Sequence record: NC_031928.1 | Length of the DNA: 64,000 bases | DNA from: Escherichia phage WG01 | Reading direction: 5' to 3' (one strand) | In this document: positions 37,950-50,830 of the stretch, one piece after another | How positions within the stretch are numbered: position 1 is the first letter of the stretch | Layout of the letters: each line of letters begins with the position of its first letter | Translations under genes and position numbers: made by a program | The notes under the pieces: model-generated | What the model saw: the letters and a program-made list of their open reading frames with translations, nothing else | Database searches by the model: none | What the model was told of the DNA's origin: nothing

Positions 37950-38183
37950 TTATTCCAGAATAGTTTTGATAGTGGTTGCATTACGCTCTTTTAGAGCTCT
38001 TAATAGGCTATGGCAATTATCAAGAATAGGCACCGTTTTATATTTCATTTCAGCGCGAACCCACTCGGATTTATAGTACGATTTCCAACGAGAGAAAAAG
38101 TACTTTTTATATTCTACTGAATAGGCTATCAGGTTTTCACCTTTTGAGTTCAGACCTGAAAATTTAACTAGACGAAATTTCAT
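37950..38183 (-). CDS. hypothetical protein (77 aa), 31.2 position
   Basis: Minus-strand ORF abutting cd. Confidence 0.45.
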   Translation of the reverse strand: MKFRLVKFSGLNSKGENLIAYSVEYKKYFFSRWKSYYKSEWVRAEMKYKTVPILDNCHSLLRALKERNATTIKTILE

Positions 38184-38728
38184 TATTCACCACAATAGTT
38201 TTGAATTGATTCCCAGTTCAAAGAACGGAGACCTGTACGATTATACTGGATAACTTCGATGCCTGATTCACGGAGGATATCGTCCCACCCTTCAGGATTT
38301 CGGTCATAGAGCTCAGCATAAACCAATGTTTTAATTCCAGACTGTGCAATAGACTTAGCACAATCAGCGCACGGAGATAACGTCACGTACATCGTAGCGC
38401 CATCAATAGAACTTCCGGTACGAGCTGCAAACAAAATAGCATTCAGTTCGGCATGGATTTCATTTTTAGATGACCATGCAGCGTGAGCCATACGGTGTTC
38501 TTTAAGAAGAACGGATTTGTGCGACATCCGAGTTGGGTCATACACAACACGAGTCCAGTCTTGTTCTACAGCATGGTCGCAACAGTTAACACCACCGGAA
38601 GGTGAACCATTATAACCTGTAGAGATAATGCGGCCATTCTTTTCGATAACCGCACCCACTTTCCATGAACAACATTTTGATTCTTGAGAAATCAGATATG
38701 CAATCTGAAGGTATGTGCTTGCTTTCAT
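38183..38728 (-). CDS. cd: dCMP deaminase
   Basis: 181 aa; zinc-binding deaminase motifs HAELNAI and SPCADCA. Confidence 0.9.
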   Translation of the reverse strand: MKASTYLQIAYLISQESKCCSWKVGAVIEKNGRIISTGYNGSPSGGVNCCDHAVEQDWTRVVYDPTRMSHKSVLLKEHRMAHAAWSSKNEIHAELNAILFAARTGSSIDGATMYVTLSPCADCAKSIAQSGIKTLVYAELYDRNPEGWDDILRESGIEVIQYNRTGLRSLNWESIQNYCGE

Positions 38729-38958
38729 TCTATGAACACTCGCTGCGCTTCGACCAGACCATCAGAACCAAGTTTCAACTGGGTAATCTGGCCGCCATTT
38801 TTAGGATTAACGATAACCAATACCGCACGTGGTGATTCCTGAATTACTCGCAGAGTTGCATCAGGAAAATGTACAGAAACCTTATTAATCAGGGCCTGAG
38901 CAAATTCTTTAACTTTAACTTGGAACTGCTCTACAGTAATAGGTTGTTCGCTCAGCAT
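38725..38958 (-). CDS. hypothetical protein (77 aa)
   Basis: ATGA-type overlap with cd start. Confidence 0.5.
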   Translation of the reverse strand: MLSEQPITVEQFQVKVKEFAQALINKVSVHFPDATLRVIQESPRAVLVIVNPKNGGQITQLKLGSDGLVEAQRVFIE

Positions 38959-39512
38959 TAGATGGTCTCCAACTTAAGTTGTTTGGTAGTGGTAGCTTGG
39001 GTAACGTCGCCTTTAACAATATAACACACTTGTTGGAACGAACTGGTCAAAAGCTCTTCAGCCTGACGATCGGCTTGTTCCTTTGTGTTATGGCGAGAAT
39101 GAACTTCAATCTTACCATTTTTAACAATAAGCACTTTCCAATCGGCCGGAGTTTTAATAGGTTTGATTTCAGGGTTCTGGAAAACTAACTGCAGTTCTTT
39201 AGGGTCTACCACTTCGATAAAGTATTCGAATTCATGGCTAAAAAAGCCTGATGAATTAAAAAGAACACTATTTGCATCATTAGGATTACCTGTCATTTTG
39301 CTCGGGTCGACAAACATCATCTCGTCATATACACGAATTCGGCTTACACGTGGCTTCCCGTTATGGTAATCAATTTCAACTTCAAACGGATTCATACCCA
39401 CATACTTAGCAAAAGCTGTATTGAGGCCATAAGCACCGTTATTAGTGAATTTGTTTTTAGTGTATTCACCAACGAACTTATAAAACTTACGCTCTTCAAA
39501 GAACTGGCTCAT
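38958..39512 (-). CDS. hypothetical protein (184 aa)
   Basis: Internal ATG 39512 with SD GAGGAAA downstream of a strong hairpin. Confidence 0.5.
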   Translation of the reverse strand: MSQFFEERKFYKFVGEYTKNKFTNNGAYGLNTAFAKYVGMNPFEVEIDYHNGKPRVSRIRVYDEMMFVDPSKMTGNPNDANSVLFNSSGFFSHEFEYFIEVVDPKELQLVFQNPEIKPIKTPADWKVLIVKNGKIEVHSRHNTKEQADRQAEELLTSSFQQVCYIVKGDVTQATTTKQLKLETI

Positions 39513-39533
39513 TTCGATTTCCTCATTTGTTTC

Positions 39534-39561
39534 GGTAGGACTACTATACCACAGTCCTACC
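39534..39561 (-). promoter_or_regulatory. intercistronic stem-loop
   Basis: GGTAGGACT...AGTCCTACC, 9-bp stem. Confidence 0.45.
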
Positions 39562-39574
39562 ATAGTGTAAACAC

Positions 39575-39853
39575 TTAAATTGCTTCGACAACTACCGTTT
39601 GTTTCTGGAAGTCCATTTTGCATGAAATAGCCAAAATGTGGTTATCAATTTTAAATGGGACAATTGCAATTGCTGCACCAGGCGTGAGTTGAACAGTGAT
39701 TGCATCAACTGCATCCGGGAACATGATTTCCAGAATAGCAGACAAACGACCATGCACCTTTAGTTCAGTCGACGTGTCGACGGGTTCGTATAGGTAATCA
39801 GATACAATCTGACTAAAAACTACTTTAACAATTTCAGAATAAGTAGGGAACAT
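39575..39853 (-). CDS. hypothetical protein (92 aa)
   Basis: Minus-strand ORF followed by hairpin. Confidence 0.5.
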   Translation of the reverse strand: MFPTYSEIVKVVFSQIVSDYLYEPVDTSTELKVHGRLSAILEIMFPDAVDAITVQLTPGAAIAIVPFKIDNHILAISCKMDFQKQTVVVEAI

Positions 39854-39860
39854 AATTACC

Positions 39861-40076
39861 TCAGTGTACTGTATGGACCTTCACGTTAACAATAAACCGG
39901 TCAACGACTTCAGTCAGAGGAACGAACTCAACATAGTACTCGCCTTTGTAACGTTCATTGAGGTCATTACGAAGGGCCGCTAGTGAGTTAATGAGGGTAG
40001 GAGACATATTCTGACCTACCAGTTTCTGAAGCTCTTTATAAGCTTCTTCTTCAACTTCGTGGTGTTTGTTATACAT
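39861..40076 (-). CDS. hypothetical protein (71 aa)
   Basis: Start at ATG overlapping upstream stop (ATGTATAA). Confidence 0.45.
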   Translation of the reverse strand: MYNKHHEVEEEAYKELQKLVGQNMSPTLINSLAALRNDLNERYKGEYYVEFVPLTEVVDRFIVNVKVHTVH

Positions 40077-40265
40077 AATGTTCTTCCAAGAAGGCAAGGA
40101 GTTCAGGAGCGGATTTAAAAATACCACCATCGACCTTGTCTTCATCTTTATAGTCCATAACATCCAGGCCAATACGTCCATCAGTTAAAGGCCATACGCC
40201 GAAGAAAAAGCATTTACGTTTTTCAATTTCTTCGATTGTACGAAAAATCTTTTCGATATTATTCA

Positions 40266-40266
<1 letters not shown>
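40069..40266 (-). CDS. hypothetical protein (65 aa)
   Basis: Start adjacent to pseT stop. Confidence 0.45.
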
Positions 40267-41466
<1,200 letters not shown>

Positions 41467-41470
<4 letters not shown>

Positions 41471-41949
41471 ACACCAAGTTCCTTATAAAGTTCTTCACGG
41501 CAAGTTTTAAGGGTTTTACCTGATTCGTAAGCAACACTTTCAGGAACATCACCGAGGGTTACTGCGGATTGCATTTGTCCATGGCGTTTAGCCGCATATT
41601 CAAAACTTTTTACTAGCTCGCGAATACGTTCTTTTTCATTGTACTCTTCAATGAATTCAGGGTATTCCCAAACCGGGCGCATCATACGATACCACTGTTG
41701 GATGGTGATATAATTACTTCCATTCAAATTAATAATCTGCGAAGGCTCAATAGACCCTGGAGCATAAAAAGTTACCTGTCTTACTACATCAATACCGTCC
41801 ACAATAGCCCAAGCAAAATTGAAAGTTGCCTTCTTTTCAAGCGGTGTACTTGCACAGGACCCTAATTTTAAGAGCTTTTGTAATACAGGAGATTTAACGC
41901 CTGAAATGTATTCAGGCTTAGCCACAAAACTGTTATCACGTAAAGTCAT
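41467..41949 (-). CDS. hypothetical protein (160 aa)
   Basis: Internal ATG 41949 with SD GAGGAAA. Confidence 0.5.
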
Positions 41950-42012
41950 AATAATTTCCTCAAATTTTATAATCCGTAGGAGCATTATACTCTGCTCCCA
42001 AGAGTTTGTAAA

Positions 42013-42120
42013 CTACTTTCCGAAAAGACCGCCAATACATATACTAATCAGAATTCCAAAACAAAAGCAGACAAAACCAAATCTAACAATATCCCATCCA
42101 TCAGTACACGCTTCAATCAT
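42013..42120 (-). CDS. small hydrophobic protein (35 aa) coupled to the o-spanin
   Basis: Not in ORF track as such; ATGA overlap with o-spanin stop; hand-translated MIEACTDGWDIVRFGFVCFCFGILISICIGGLFGK with C-terminal TM-like segment. Confidence 0.4.
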   Translation of the reverse strand: MIEACTDGWDIVRFGFVCFCFGILISICIGGLFGK

Positions 42121-42407
42121 TTGCACTTCTCCTCTTTTAGACCGGAACGATAATAACATAACATGGATTTCTGGTCTTGTACATATCTTTTTACGTCGTT
42201 CAACCAAATACGATGTTCTTGGGAATCTTCAAATGGCATTCCAACCCAGGCCTTACCGTCGATTACCTTAACCTGCCATTTAACATTATGTTCGGCGATA
42301 GGTTGTGGCCACGAAGGATGTAGTTGTTGCTTAGGCACTACAGGGATGTCCTGGGCACATCCAACTAACAAGCCAATAGATAATACTACTACAGATAATT
42401 TAATCAT
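42117..42407 (-). CDS. o-spanin (outer-membrane lipoprotein, Rz1-like)
   Basis: 96 aa; signal peptide with lipobox LLVGC; terminal Cys residues; follows the i-spanin with 4-nt overlap. Confidence 0.65.
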   Translation of the reverse strand: MIKLSVVVLSIGLLVGCAQDIPVVPKQQLHPSWPQPIAEHNVKWQVKVIDGKAWVGMPFEDSQEHRIWLNDVKRYVQDQKSMLCYYRSGLKEEKCK

Positions 42408-42757
42408 TCTGTAATGCTCCTGAAGTCTTCTGTAAAGGAATCGAAGGACTTGTTGATTTGTTTTTCGACCAATCCTGGCTTACTTGCCACCACGTGCGCC
42501 TTCTTCGAATCTTTACGGAGCTTTTCATTTTCTACCTTAATTTTATCCATTCGGGCATTCATTTCAGTAGTACGGAATTCAATATCAGAGTATTGGCCAC
42601 GTAGGTCATCTACGGCTTCGGCATTCTGTTTGGCCGTTTGCTGGGTTGTTTTCAGTTCTTCAGTAAGGGTATCAATACGACTTGATTGATACGAAATAAA
42701 ACCATAAGCACCTACTGCAATGGCTCCAGCTAAAAGGTAAATACTTAATTTAGACAT
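42404..42757 (-). CDS. i-spanin (Rz-like)
   Basis: 117 aa; N-terminal TM helix then charged coiled-coil-like periplasmic domain. Confidence 0.65.
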   Translation of the reverse strand: MSKLSIYLLAGAIAVGAYGFISYQSSRIDTLTEELKTTQQTAKQNAEAVDDLRGQYSDIEFRTTEMNARMDKIKVENEKLRKDSKKAHVVASKPGLVEKQINKSFDSFTEDFRSITE

Positions 42758-43245
42758 TTGGTAATAATCTCGATGATGTCATCACGTGACAGGGAATTAA
42801 TAAGAACCGTTTTAGGATTTTCACACTGAATTTTATACGTTTCAAACATAAAACATAATTCTTCAGCAGTATGGTAAGGACTTGAAATGCCAAGGCGATT
42901 AAACTTGTCGCTTAATGGGTCGCAAATCAAATAGAACGTGATGCCTGAGATTTTAACATTAGGTTGGCTAATATTAATAAACACCTCGGCATCGTATTTG
43001 GAAAGGTTGTTTTGGAGAAACTCGACCATAGAGTTAACAGCTTGAGGCATTGCTTCACGCTTTTCTTCAGCGTAACGGGTAGAGTATTCTTTTTGCTTGA
43101 TTTTCTTTTTAGCATTTTTAGCTAAAGTAACACGAAGATCGGTCAGGTAACCTACTGCACGAGAACCTTTAAAAACTTGGATGCCGTCAGTAGAGTCACC
43201 AAAAGCCTTAACAACCATTTCGTTAGTAATCATTTGCATATTCAT
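42745..43245 (-). CDS. hypothetical protein (166 aa), positionally equivalent to T4 alc
   Basis: ATG 43245 with SD GAGGAGAAAA and early promoter cassette; size and position as T4 alc but sequence not recognised. Confidence 0.45.
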   Translation of the reverse strand: MNMQMITNEMVVKAFGDSTDGIQVFKGSRAVGYLTDLRVTLAKNAKKKIKQKEYSTRYAEEKREAMPQAVNSMVEFLQNNLSKYDAEVFINISQPNVKISGITFYLICDPLSDKFNRLGISSPYHTAEELCFMFETYKIQCENPKTVLINSLSRDDIIEIITKCLN

Positions 43246-43264
43246 TTTGTTTTCTCCTCATTAG

Positions 43265-43305
43265 TTGGTAAGTCTATACTAACACGTCATGAGGAGATGT
43301 AAACT
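43265..43305 (-). promoter_or_regulatory. early promoter cassette (copy E)
   Basis: -35 GTTTAC, -10 TAGTATAGAC, leader TTACCAACTAATGAGGAGAAAA. Confidence 0.5.
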
Positions 43306-44452
43306 ACTCTACCACAATTTCTTTCAAATATTTTTCAGGGATTTGGGCCTTATGATTTTTCAAGAACACAGAGTTAATCTGGTCCATGACCGTATCATAA
43401 TTAATACCGCCTACGTACGCCTGCATAAGAATAGAGAACAACCCTGGGAAGTCCTTAAGGATTAGCTGTCCAGTAACGGCATAGTCTTTACGGTCGCGAC
43501 CTTTGAGTTGAGAGTAAGCTGCTTCTAACAAGGCTAATGATTGTTCTAGGTAATCTAAATGGATGCGTTCAAAGGCATCGATTTTCTCGATAGCAAAGGA
43601 ATCTGTACTGAACAGACCACGAAGGTCATCAGTTCCACCAGCCACTACAACTTCAAACAAACGTTCGTTGTTGTTAATGGAATCTTTGGTATGATGCAGT
43701 GCACTGTACCAGGCGGTTTTGAGTTTAAAGAACGTACCATCTTTCAGTACAAAGATGAAACCTTCAATACCTTCTTGTTTACGGATGTTTTCTACGAAAT
43801 CACCTTCAGCGAGGTCATAGCTTTCAACCAAATGCTTACGCAGGGCCCCATCTTTAAACAATTCAGCATACGGAATATATTCACCTGTTTCATTATTACG
43901 AACGTTTAACAGGATGAGGTTTGTTTCTTGGTAAGCCAGCACGATACGGTTGGTAGGTGCTACATATTCAAGGTTGCAGGTATACCCAGCTTTGGTGATT
44001 TCTTCTAGACGTGCGGCAAAAGCCTCGTTCTCAGGGAGACGAAGGAACCGTAAAGAATCATGCACCATTGATGAATGGATAGAGCCTTTAGATTTAACAG
44101 AAAGATACTGTCGGTCCATGAATGTAGAAATCAGAGAACCATCTTCCTTAGCCATTACGAGGTCGATATTTTCTGGCGACAAATCTAGACCGATAGTCAT
44201 AGGGTTTTCGTCGAGGTTAAAGAACTTTTGCATAGGACGAGCGGCAATACGTACAGGACCTTTCTCGTCCATTTCAAACATAATGCCTCGGCACTCTAGT
44301 GCGCCGTCTTCCAACCAATCACTGTATGATGCGTAGTTATAACTAAAGATGCGATAGTTGACTCCTAGAGCACTCTGAAAGTCTTTAAAGAAGAACTTAG
44401 ATTTAGTCGAGTTTTTAACCAGGGCCATCAAGTTATCATATAATTCAATCAT
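43304..44452 (-). CDS. rnlA: RNA ligase 1
   Basis: 382 aa; ...YRIFSYNYASYSDWL...ALECRGIMFEMD... matches recalled T4 Rnl1. Confidence 0.9.
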   Translation of the reverse strand: MIELYDNLMALVKNSTKSKFFFKDFQSALGVNYRIFSYNYASYSDWLEDGALECRGIMFEMDEKGPVRIAARPMQKFFNLDENPMTIGLDLSPENIDLVMAKEDGSLISTFMDRQYLSVKSKGSIHSSMVHDSLRFLRLPENEAFAARLEEITKAGYTCNLEYVAPTNRIVLAYQETNLILLNVRNNETGEYIPYAELFKDGALRKHLVESYDLAEGDFVENIRKQEGIEGFIFVLKDGTFFKLKTAWYSALHHTKDSINNNERLFEVVVAGGTDDLRGLFSTDSFAIEKIDAFERIHLDYLEQSLALLEAAYSQLKGRDRKDYAVTGQLILKDFPGLFSILMQAYVGGINYDTVMDQINSVFLKNHKAQIPEKYLKEIVVE

Positions 44453-44862
44453 TGCTTTATCCTATGTTGGGTATTCCAAGGTGGATTAAATTTCTTTATG
44501 AACATTGGCTCTTCAAGAGACATGGTCTCAACTGACATAGTTCCAAGTTCGTTAGTCATCGACAGATTAAAGCACTGCCGTGCATAGAACTCTACCTTTT
44601 TACCTGCCATTAATGCTTCATGAATCAGAATGGACTTGGTCGAATCTGACGTTTGGTCCTTACGATTAATAGCGGTTCGGTAGTAGTTGATGCGCTTACG
44701 AAGATTTTTAGTCTTCCCGATGTAGACTAGTATATCATCAACCGCTATAGCATATATGACATTTTGTTTATTTGGTACTGTGAGTGGAGCAATGCTGGCG
44801 TCATCTTGGAGTTCTAGGGTGACGTACTTGATAAAGCTAAATTCGTCTGCGATTTCTTTCAT
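44449..44862 (-). CDS. denA: endonuclease II (GIY-YIG family)
   Basis: Internal ATG 44862; 137 aa; MKEIA.E.SFIKY...VIYAIA.DD.LVYIGKTKNLRKRINYYRTAINRKD matches recalled T4 DenA. Confidence 0.85.
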   Translation of the reverse strand: MKEIADEFSFIKYVTLELQDDASIAPLTVPNKQNVIYAIAVDDILVYIGKTKNLRKRINYYRTAINRKDQTSDSTKSILIHEALMAGKKVEFYARQCFNLSMTNELGTMSVETMSLEEPMFIKKFNPPWNTQHRIKQ

Positions 44863-44870
44863 AGCAATAA

Positions 44871-44884
44871 GGGGCCGAAGCCCC
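44871..44884 (-). promoter_or_regulatory. UUCG-tetraloop hairpin between nrdB and denA
   Basis: GGGGC-CGAA-GCCCC (UUCG loop on minus strand). Confidence 0.5.
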
Positions 44885-44889
44885 ATTCC

Positions 44890-46068
44890 TTAAAAATATT
44901 TCTTGTACGATGCCATTACTTTTTCATCGACATCGTTATCAATTTGTGCTACAAGGTAAGAACTGATTTCCACTTCCTGAGGAGCAGCCTGTACAGCATC
45001 AGAGTTCAGGTATTCGCGAATCCAAGGATAAGGATGGCGGGCAGGAGCATCGGTAATAGGACACGGTAAGCCACATTGCTTCATACGAGAAACTGTCAGG
45101 TAATCGACAAAAGCACCCATGTTCTGAGTATTTAATCCAGGGCAAGTACCATCTTTGAACAGGTGAGCAGCCCATTCTTTTTCTTGACGGTTAACTTCCA
45201 TGAAAATATCAACTGCTTCTTGTTCACACTCTTGAGCAATTTTAACCCATTCGTCACCGTCAGTACCAAGTTGGAGTTGACGAATAATGTACTGAGTACC
45301 TTTAAGGTGAAGCTGTTCATCACGTGCAATGAACTTCATAATCTTAGCATTACCTTCCATGATTTCCATGTTTTTATGGAAGTTAAAGGTGCATGCGAAA
45401 GATACATAAAAACGAATAGCTTCCAATGCGTTGATTACATGAAGGCAAAGGTAAAGGGATTTCATTAGCTCACGCTTCCAATACATCTCATGCTCAATAG
45501 CATCTTCAATATCGTCTTCGTCTGCATTAATTTCTTTTTGGTATTCGATATCAGCTTTAGCATTCTGCCAATAGCGAGTTTTCTCAATAACGTCGTCGTA
45601 ATAACGACCAATAGATTCAGCACGTTTCATAATAGCGTCATCTAACAGAATTTCATCAAATACCTTTGACGGGTCTGTATAGAGGTTACGCATGATATGG
45701 GTATATGAACGAGAGTGAATAGTCTCACTAAAGGTCCATGTAGCCACCCATGTATCAAGGCTAGGGTCTGAAATCAAGGCTTGAAGTGCAGCAGAAGGAG
45801 CACGTCCTTGGATACTATCCAGAAGTGATTGATACTTCAGGTTATTGGTAAAAATATTTTGTTGGAATTGTGGAAGCTTATTAAATTGAGCAGCATCCAT
45901 CATCAAGTTGACTTCTTCTGGACGCCAGAAAAAACTCAACTGCTTTTCACAAAGCTCTTCGAATACTTTATGACGTTGGATATCATAACGAGCAATACCC
46001 AATCCTGAACCAAAGAACATCGGTTCGGCTAAAACATCAACTGGGGTGGTATTAAAAACTGTAGACAT
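44890..46068 (-). CDS. nrdB: ribonucleotide reductase small subunit
   Basis: Internal ATG 46068 (MSTVFNT..., as T4 NrdB N-terminus); uninterrupted, no intron. Confidence 0.9.
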   Translation of the reverse strand: MSTVFNTTPVDVLAEPMFFGSGLGIARYDIQRHKVFEELCEKQLSFFWRPEEVNLMMDAAQFNKLPQFQQNIFTNNLKYQSLLDSIQGRAPSAALQALISDPSLDTWVATWTFSETIHSRSYTHIMRNLYTDPSKVFDEILLDDAIMKRAESIGRYYDDVIEKTRYWQNAKADIEYQKEINADEDDIEDAIEHEMYWKRELMKSLYLCLHVINALEAIRFYVSFACTFNFHKNMEIMEGNAKIMKFIARDEQLHLKGTQYIIRQLQLGTDGDEWVKIAQECEQEAVDIFMEVNRQEKEWAAHLFKDGTCPGLNTQNMGAFVDYLTVSRMKQCGLPCPITDAPARHPYPWIREYLNSDAVQAAPQEVEISSYLVAQIDNDVDEKVMASYKKYF

Positions 46069-46121
46069 GTTATTCTCATTTGTTAGTGACTCATCCATGA
46101 GCCAATTATAATCAGATTTTA

Positions 46122-48377
46122 TTAAAGCTTACAAGCTGCACAATCGTCGGCTTTAGGAGTTTCGATTTCATAGTCATCAGTACCAGAGCCATCACGGGTA
46201 TTATGATAGTAAAGGTTCTTACCACCGTAGTACCAGAAATACAGCAGGTCATCAAGCATTACCGACATCGGAACTTTTCCTTTTGGAAAAATCTGTGGGT
46301 CATAATATGTATTAGCTGATGCCGATTGACACACCCATTTCAACGCTATTGCCACTTGGGTAAGATAAGGTTTATTACCTTTCTTAGCGAGGCTCCAAGC
46401 GTAATCGTAGAGTCCTTGGTTATGTTCTACATTAGGAACTACCTGACGGAAGTTACCTTCTTTAGATTCTTTAATACTTACCGGACCACGTGGAGGTTCG
46501 ATACCGTTTGTAGAGTTGGAAACCTGGCTGCTTGATTCACACGGCATAAGTGCTGATAATGTGCTATTACGGATGCCATGTTTAGCCAAGTCTTCCCGCA
46601 ACGACGTCCAGTCACAAACATAGTTAGGGGCTGCGATTTGGTCAATCTTTTTATTGTACCAGTCGATAGGTAATTCGCCTCGAGACCATTTAGTGTCTGA
46701 ATAATACTCGCAATGTCCTTTTTCTTCGGCCAGCTTGATGGATGCTCGGATAAGTCCATATTGTAATCTCTCAAACAATTCATGAGTTAAATCGTTAGCG
46801 TCTTCATAAGAAGCAAAGTTGCTTGCTAACCAAGCGGCGTAGTTCGTAACACCAATACCCAGGTTACGACGTTTCTTAGCCTTCAGAGCTTCAGGAACAG
46901 GATAATCTTGGTAGTCCAACAGGTTATCAAGTGCACGTACCTGGACTTCAGCAAGTTCGTTGATTTTGTCTTGGTCCTGCCAATCGAAGTTATCCAGCAC
47001 AAATGCAGACAACGTACACAATCCGATTTCAGCGTCCGGACTATTCACATCAGTAGTTGGGATAGCAATTTCACAACACAAGTTGCTCTGGCGAATAGGA
47101 GCTTTCTCACGAATAAATGGTGTGAAGTTGTTAGTGTTATCAACGAATTGAGGATAAATTCGTGCAGTGCCTGAACGTTCAGTCATGAACAATTCAAAGA
47201 GGTCACGTGCCTTAATACGTTTCTTACGAATACTAGGGTCTTTTTCTGCGGCTTCATACAATTCACGGAAACGGTCTTGGTCTTCGAAATAAGAATAGTA
47301 AAGCTCACCACCCATTTCATGAGGACTAAACAGAGTAATGTAATCATTCTTACCGAAACGTTCCATCATCAGGTCGTTCAACTGGATTCCATAGTCCATA
47401 TGACGAATACGGTTCTCATCGACACCCTTGTTGTTTTTCAGAACGAGCAGATTTTCAACTTCCAAATGCCAAATAGGATAATAAGCAGTAGCAGCGCCGC
47501 CACGGATTCCACCTTGTGAACATGATTTAACAGCAGTCTGGAAATGTTTCCAGAATGGAATAACACCGGTATGCTTGACTTCGCCCATGCCAATACGAGA
47601 ACCTTCAGCACGAATCATACCAACGTTGATACCAATACCGGCACGTTTAGAAATGTATTCAATTATTGAGTTAGCAGTTTTGTTAATAGATTTCAGTGAG
47701 TCGCCTGCTTCAATAACCACACAAGAACTAAATTGACGGGTTGGTGTACGTGCTCCAGCCATAATAGGAGTTGGTAATGAAACCTGACGGGTACTTACAG
47801 CATCATAAAAACGAATAATATGTGCTAAACGATTACCCGGCTCGTCTTGGTGTAAGGCCATACCAATACACATGATAGCGAACTGAGGGGTTTCGTAGAT
47901 TTTACCGGTTGTTTTATCTTTAACCAGATATTTCTCTTTAAGCTGCATCGCACCAGCATAAGTCAATTCGAAATCGCGTTCATGCTTTATATGAGATTCT
48001 AAGAAAGTAATTTCTTCTGCAGAATATCGAGACAACAATTCAGGGTCATATTTACCTTCGTTAACACAATAGGAAATATGGTCGATAAAGCTACGTGGTT
48101 CGAACTGCCCATAAACTTCTTTACGCAGTGCAAACATCAATTCTTTTGCAGCAACATATTGGTAATCAGGCTCTTCAACCGAGATAAGGTTGGCTGCTAC
48201 CTTAACAGTCAGATTTTGGATATCTTTGGTAGTCATACCGTCACGAAGATGGGATTTGATTTCTTCGTATAATTCATAGGGGTCGATTTGGGTTCCTTCA
48301 CAGCCCCAAGTCAGAACTTTAATAATTTTTTGTGCGTCAAAATCTTGGGATACACCACTACTTTTTTGTACTTGCAT
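46122..48377 (-). CDS. nrdA: ribonucleotide reductase large subunit
   Basis: 751 aa; N-terminus matches recalled T4 NrdA; C-terminal CxxC tail. Confidence 0.95.
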   Translation of the reverse strand: MQVQKSSGVSQDFDAQKIIKVLTWGCEGTQIDPYELYEEIKSHLRDGMTTKDIQNLTVKVAANLISVEEPDYQYVAAKELMFALRKEVYGQFEPRSFIDHISYCVNEGKYDPELLSRYSAEEITFLESHIKHERDFELTYAGAMQLKEKYLVKDKTTGKIYETPQFAIMCIGMALHQDEPGNRLAHIIRFYDAVSTRQVSLPTPIMAGARTPTRQFSSCVVIEAGDSLKSINKTANSIIEYISKRAGIGINVGMIRAEGSRIGMGEVKHTGVIPFWKHFQTAVKSCSQGGIRGGAATAYYPIWHLEVENLLVLKNNKGVDENRIRHMDYGIQLNDLMMERFGKNDYITLFSPHEMGGELYYSYFEDQDRFRELYEAAEKDPSIRKKRIKARDLFELFMTERSGTARIYPQFVDNTNNFTPFIREKAPIRQSNLCCEIAIPTTDVNSPDAEIGLCTLSAFVLDNFDWQDQDKINELAEVQVRALDNLLDYQDYPVPEALKAKKRRNLGIGVTNYAAWLASNFASYEDANDLTHELFERLQYGLIRASIKLAEEKGHCEYYSDTKWSRGELPIDWYNKKIDQIAAPNYVCDWTSLREDLAKHGIRNSTLSALMPCESSSQVSNSTNGIEPPRGPVSIKESKEGNFRQVVPNVEHNQGLYDYAWSLAKKGNKPYLTQVAIALKWVCQSASANTYYDPQIFPKGKVPMSVMLDDLLYFWYYGGKNLYYHNTRDGSGTDDYEIETPKADDCAACKL

Positions 48378-48443
48378 AATTTCCTCAATATGTTAGGTTC
48401 TATAATTATTCTATCATAGAACCTGTTAAGCATGGACTGATAT

Positions 48444-48737
48444 TTATAGGTCTTCTAATGAGAACGTGTCTTTGAAAAGTTTGTTAACAACCAGGGCTAT
48501 CATATCCCCATGACAGTCCTTAGGTTTACAGGTACACGCTATACGCATACCTCTAAGGGTTTCAAGATGTTCTCTTTTAATTTCGCCCGATTTTATTTTA
48601 GCAATAAAGTATTCTTTAAAGTTCTTGATGTTTTCCTCGCGGGTTCCATCTTTAAATGGATTACCCCACATAGTTCCACGTTGGATATTGACATCAAAGT
48701 CTTCTTTATACTTGTTAACAACTCTGCAAACTCTCAT
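48444..48737 (-). CDS. hypothetical protein, DUF4326-like (97 aa)
   Basis: Internal ATG 48737 chosen to avoid 65-nt overlap with td; WGNPF...CTC...CHGD motif pattern; start uncertain. Confidence 0.4.
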   Translation of the reverse strand: MRVCRVVNKYKEDFDVNIQRGTMWGNPFKDGTREENIKNFKEYFIAKIKSGEIKREHLETLRGMRIACTCKPKDCHGDMIALVVNKLFKDTFSLEDL

Positions 48738-48798
48738 TATAGCACCAAATTCAGCCCAACCATAATAACCAAAAACAGAGTACAGATTATTTGAATTT

Positions 48799-50484
<1,686 letters not shown>

Positions 50485-50499
50485 TTTATTCTCCTTAGT

Positions 50500-50540
50500 T
50501 GATAAGGCTATAGTATCACTACCATAGCCTGGTGTAAACT
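50500..50540 (-). promoter_or_regulatory. early promoter cassette (copy B)
   Basis: -35 GTTTAC, extended -10 TGATACTATAG, leader CCTTATCAACTAAGGAGAATAAA. Confidence 0.55.
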
Positions 50541-50767
50541 TATTTTTGAATTAGGCCCATATAAAATTTAGCGTCTTCCGGGTGCATACCGTCACAATAC
50601 TCGTCAGCCATAAAGCGGGTAAGGTCTTCAAGAGGACCTTGGACTTCAATTTGCATACTACAGAATTGAGTATCTTTAATATGGGTCATAACTAAAGAAG
50701 GATAACGATTACGGATAACTTCGTAAGTGTATTCAAAATCAACGATATCAATATTAACCTTAGCCAT
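50540..50767 (-). CDS. hypothetical protein (75 aa)
   Basis: Internal ATG 50767 with SD GAGGAAAA and own promoter cassette. Confidence 0.5.
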   Translation of the reverse strand: MAKVNIDIVDFEYTYEVIRNRYPSLVMTHIKDTQFCSMQIEVQGPLEDLTRFMADEYCDGMHPEDAKFYMGLIQK

Positions 50768-50789
50768 TTTATTTTCCTCACTCATTAGT

Positions 50790-50830
50790 TGATAGGTCTA
50801 TAGTATCATGTTTAAAGGCGTTGTAAACAT
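50790..50830 (-). promoter_or_regulatory. early promoter cassette (copy C)
   Basis: -35 GTTTAC, -10 TGATACTATAGACC, leader TATCAACTAATGAGTGAGGAAAATAAA. Confidence 0.55.

Noticed and set aside
42745-43245. Assigning the 166-aa protein confidently as Alc (host transcription inhibitor)
   Set aside because: Position and size fit T4 alc but I could not recall enough Alc sequence to confirm; left as hypothetical
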